Of a DNA stretch of 64,000 bases, positions 61,771 through 64,000 are shown in pieces. Every line of letters begins with the position of its first letter. Position 1 is the first letter of the stretch. Under the pieces are notes generated by a model. That model made no database searches, was not told where the DNA came from, and saw nothing but the letters and a program-made list of their open reading frames with translations. A program made the translations under genes and the position numbers. Source of the stretch: an uncultured Chloroflexia bacterium (GTDB lineage Bacteria > Chloroflexota > Chloroflexia > Thermomicrobiales > UBA6265); NCBI GenBank assembly GCA_963724295.1, contig CAVRUC010000003.1, positions 32,001 to 96,000 of the forward strand, read 5' to 3'.

Positions 61771-62193
61771 GTGTCTGCCGAAGCCAACAAGGCGCTCATT
61801 CGGGAGTTTTTCGAGCAGGTCTGGAATCAGGGGAGCGAGGAGGCGATCGATCGCTTCATCGCCGAGAACGCCGGCGGCAATGACCCGGACTTCGGTATGG
61901 GTCGTGAAGGGTTCAAGAAACAGTGGCGCAAGTGGCGGGAAGCGTTCCCAGATCTCCGCTTCCAGATCGAAGAGATCATCGCCGAGGGAGATACGGTCGT
62001 CGCGCGCTGGACGTTGACCGGCACCCAGACGGGACCCTTTCTTGGCATTCAGCCGACCGGGCGGAAAATCCGCGTCGGTGGTATGAGCCTGGATCACCTC
62101 AAGGAGGGAGTCCTGGTCTCTGGGTTCGATGGTTGGGACAATCTCGGACTGCGCCAGCAGCTTGGCGCAGTCCCTGTGGACTCGAACGAGTGA
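61771..62193 (+). CDS. SnoaL-like ester cyclase family protein
   Basis: ANKALIREF...VWN, AFPDLRF, IAEGD.V and GT.TGPFLGI.PTGR. AGGAG RBS with GTG start. Confidence 0.88.
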   Translation: MSAEANKALIREFFEQVWNQGSEEAIDRFIAENAGGNDPDFGMGREGFKKQWRKWREAFPDLRFQIEEIIAEGDTVVARWTLTGTQTGPFLGIQPTGRKIRVGGMSLDHLKEGVLVSGFDGWDNLGLRQQLGAVPVDSNE

Positions 62194-62230
62194 GACTATC
62201 CGGCATGACTCCTGCACCGTGCCGGATCGT

Positions 62231-63145
62231 TCAGCCCTTGGTCGCCTGACTGAGCGCCGCGATCCCCTCGAGGTCGTCGAGATCGTCGAGCCATTGCAGC
62301 ATCACGCCTTGCACACCAGCAGCTTCCAGCTCACGGAGCTGCGCTGGGATCTGCTCAGCCGTGCCGACGATCTGGCCCCTGGCGCGAAGCTCGTCGGCGC
62401 TCTCGCCCGCCAATCGCGCGGCAAGCTGGTCGTCATCCTTGCCGAAAATGATCCGCGTCATCAGCGTGCGGCGGACTTCTTCCGGCAGCCGTCCTTCCTC
62501 GCGCAGTAAGTCGTCGAGCAATCGAGTGCGCTCCCGGAAGCCGTCCGGGGAGAGGTAGACCCCGTTCCACTCGTCGGCGAAGCGAGCGGCCAGAGGCAGC
62601 GTACGGCGCCGCCCGTTCCCGCCGATGACGATTGGGAGCACTCCCTGACGTACTGGGTTGGGCACGAGCTCGGCGCCATCAAGCTCATAGAATTCGCCGG
62701 AGAACGAGACCGGCCCCTCCTTCCGCAGGAGGCGAGTCACGATCTCCAGAGCCTCGGTGAAGCGCTGAAAGCGAGCATCCAGACCGAGCAGGTCGAATCC
62801 CCACTCCTCATGCTCGCGCTCCATCCACCCCGCGCCCAAGCCGAAACGAAGCCGGCCGGGAGCAAGACCATGGATCGCGGCGGCTTGCGAGGCAGCGATT
62901 CTCGGGTCCCGAAAAGAGACCGGCGCCACGACCGGCCCGAAGGAGATGCGGGCAGTATTGGTTGCCAGCCACGTGAGCGAAGTCCACAGTTCGAGCGCGT
63001 CGAGATGCGGGCCCGCCGGTTCCGTGAAATGATCCGATCGGTAGAGCCCGGCATAGCCGGCATCCTCGGCTGCTCGGGCCAGGCGTTGCCAGCGCGGCCA
63101 ATTGACTCCGCGCTGTCCTTCGATCATCAAACCGACGTCGATCAT
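62231..63145 (-). CDS. LLM-class (probably F420-dependent) oxidoreductase
   Basis: GLMIEGQ, YRSDHF, FGLGAGW..EH, IVIGGNG..RTLPLAARFADEWN. Confidence 0.85.
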   Translation of the reverse strand: MIDVGLMIEGQRGVNWPRWQRLARAAEDAGYAGLYRSDHFTEPAGPHLDALELWTSLTWLATNTARISFGPVVAPVSFRDPRIAASQAAAIHGLAPGRLRFGLGAGWMEREHEEWGFDLLGLDARFQRFTEALEIVTRLLRKEGPVSFSGEFYELDGAELVPNPVRQGVLPIVIGGNGRRRTLPLAARFADEWNGVYLSPDGFRERTRLLDDLLREEGRLPEEVRRTLMTRIIFGKDDDQLAARLAGESADELRARGQIVGTAEQIPAQLRELEAAGVQGVMLQWLDDLDDLEGIAALSQATKG

Positions 63146-63195
63146 GATTGCGCTAACTTCCTTGCGTCGTCCCCGAACACCTCATCACGCTTCGT

Positions 63196-63741
63196 TCAGT
63201 ATTGGAGAAGGCTGGTAACGGCGTAGCTCGCCAACCGCTGGCGACCGCCCAGGTCTGCAAGCTCGATCAATACCGTGATCCCCGCCACTTCTCCCCCCAG
63301 ACGCTCGACCAGCTCCGCCGTTGCCGCGGCCGTGCCTCCGGTTGCCAGAACATCGTCGACGATCAGCACCCGTTCCCCCGCCTGCAGCGCATCCGCGTGA
63401 ATCTCGACCGTGTTCGTCCCGTACTCGAGGGCATAGTCAGCGCGCTCTGTTGCTCTCGGCAGCCTGCCCAGCTTGCGTACGGGCACCATGCCGACCCCCA
63501 GCGCATAAGCCACCGGAGCGCCGAGGATGAAGCCCCGGCTCTCGATCCCAATAACCGAGTCGATTCCGTCATGAAGCGCCGCGAGGGCGTCTACCGCGGC
63601 GCGGAGTGCCGCTCCGTTGCCGAGGAGCGGCGTGATGTCCCTGAAGACGATTCCGGCTTGCGGAAAGTCGGGCACGTCGCGCACGAGCGCCCGCATTGAT
63701 GCCGTGTCGAGCGTGTCTAGATTCGAGCCTGATTCGACCAT
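63196..63741 (-). CDS. apt: Adenine phosphoribosyltransferase
   Basis: VPDFPQAGIVFRDITPLL, IESRGF, RKLGRLP, YALEYG and IVDDVLATGGT. Confidence 0.96.
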   Translation of the reverse strand: MVESGSNLDTLDTASMRALVRDVPDFPQAGIVFRDITPLLGNGAALRAAVDALAALHDGIDSVIGIESRGFILGAPVAYALGVGMVPVRKLGRLPRATERADYALEYGTNTVEIHADALQAGERVLIVDDVLATGGTAAATAELVERLGGEVAGITVLIELADLGGRQRLASYAVTSLLQY

Positions 63742-63777
63742 CGCCGTCCCTTCACCGCCCGCCGTCCCTTCACCGCC
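63742..63777. repeat. Exact 18-bp tandem duplication spanning the apt RBS
   Basis: cgccgtcccttcaccgcc x2 (63742-59 and 63760-77). Confidence 0.85.
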
Positions 63778-64000
63778 GTCAATGATCGGAGCCGTCCAGC
63801 GTGCGACTTTAGCAGGGAACGCGAGCGGGGTTTACCGTTGTATGCGAGGGCGTCTGGCAACGACCGCTTGAACCTTGCGCAGACTCGAATACCAGGTGCA
63901 GCTCTGGGTAAGGGACAACCTCTCCGCGCAGCACAATCCGTGCCTGAGCCGCATCTGGCTCTATCGTTCCCGAAACCTGGATGATAGACTGCGGGCACGT

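Overview
High-GC bacterial chromosomal window. Gene content and style suggest Chloroflexota, probably Thermomicrobia-like (inference, not a database result). From left to right: (1) the end of a sugar isomerase/ribokinase operon; (2) a ~7.8 kb decayed island integrated in tRNA-Leu(UAG), bounded by a 24-bp direct repeat and carrying an integrase remnant, a divergent threonine-synthase-like PLP enzyme, an SDR and a sugar ABC transporter; (3) an aldo/keto reductase, then lysC-asd preceded by an unannotated, apparently leaderless Thr/Ile-rich leader peptide with antiterminator/terminator; (4) MarR-MFS-SDR and a Tat ferritin-like protein; (5) alaS, a membrane-anchored baseplate-J-like gene, ruvX and darA; (6) a Xer-like recombinase with substituted catalytic residues, behind a LexA-type box; (7) ADP-ribosylglycohydrolase, glpD, HtrA, clpX-clpP-tig and an SH3/M23 peptidase; (8) a large purine-catabolism/uptake cluster headed by malate synthase (pucL, uraH, allC, allB, XDH, DUF3830-like, BMP ABC transporter) that lacks a recognisable ureidoglycine-to-glyoxylate enzyme; (9) a divergent PRTase-like gene, sodA, pntAA/AB/B, an NCS2 permease, SnoaL, LLM and apt. 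Short 7-8-mer tandem arrays are scattered throughout. Four single-base frameshifts are probably sequencing errors. No CRISPR array or rRNA gene was seen.
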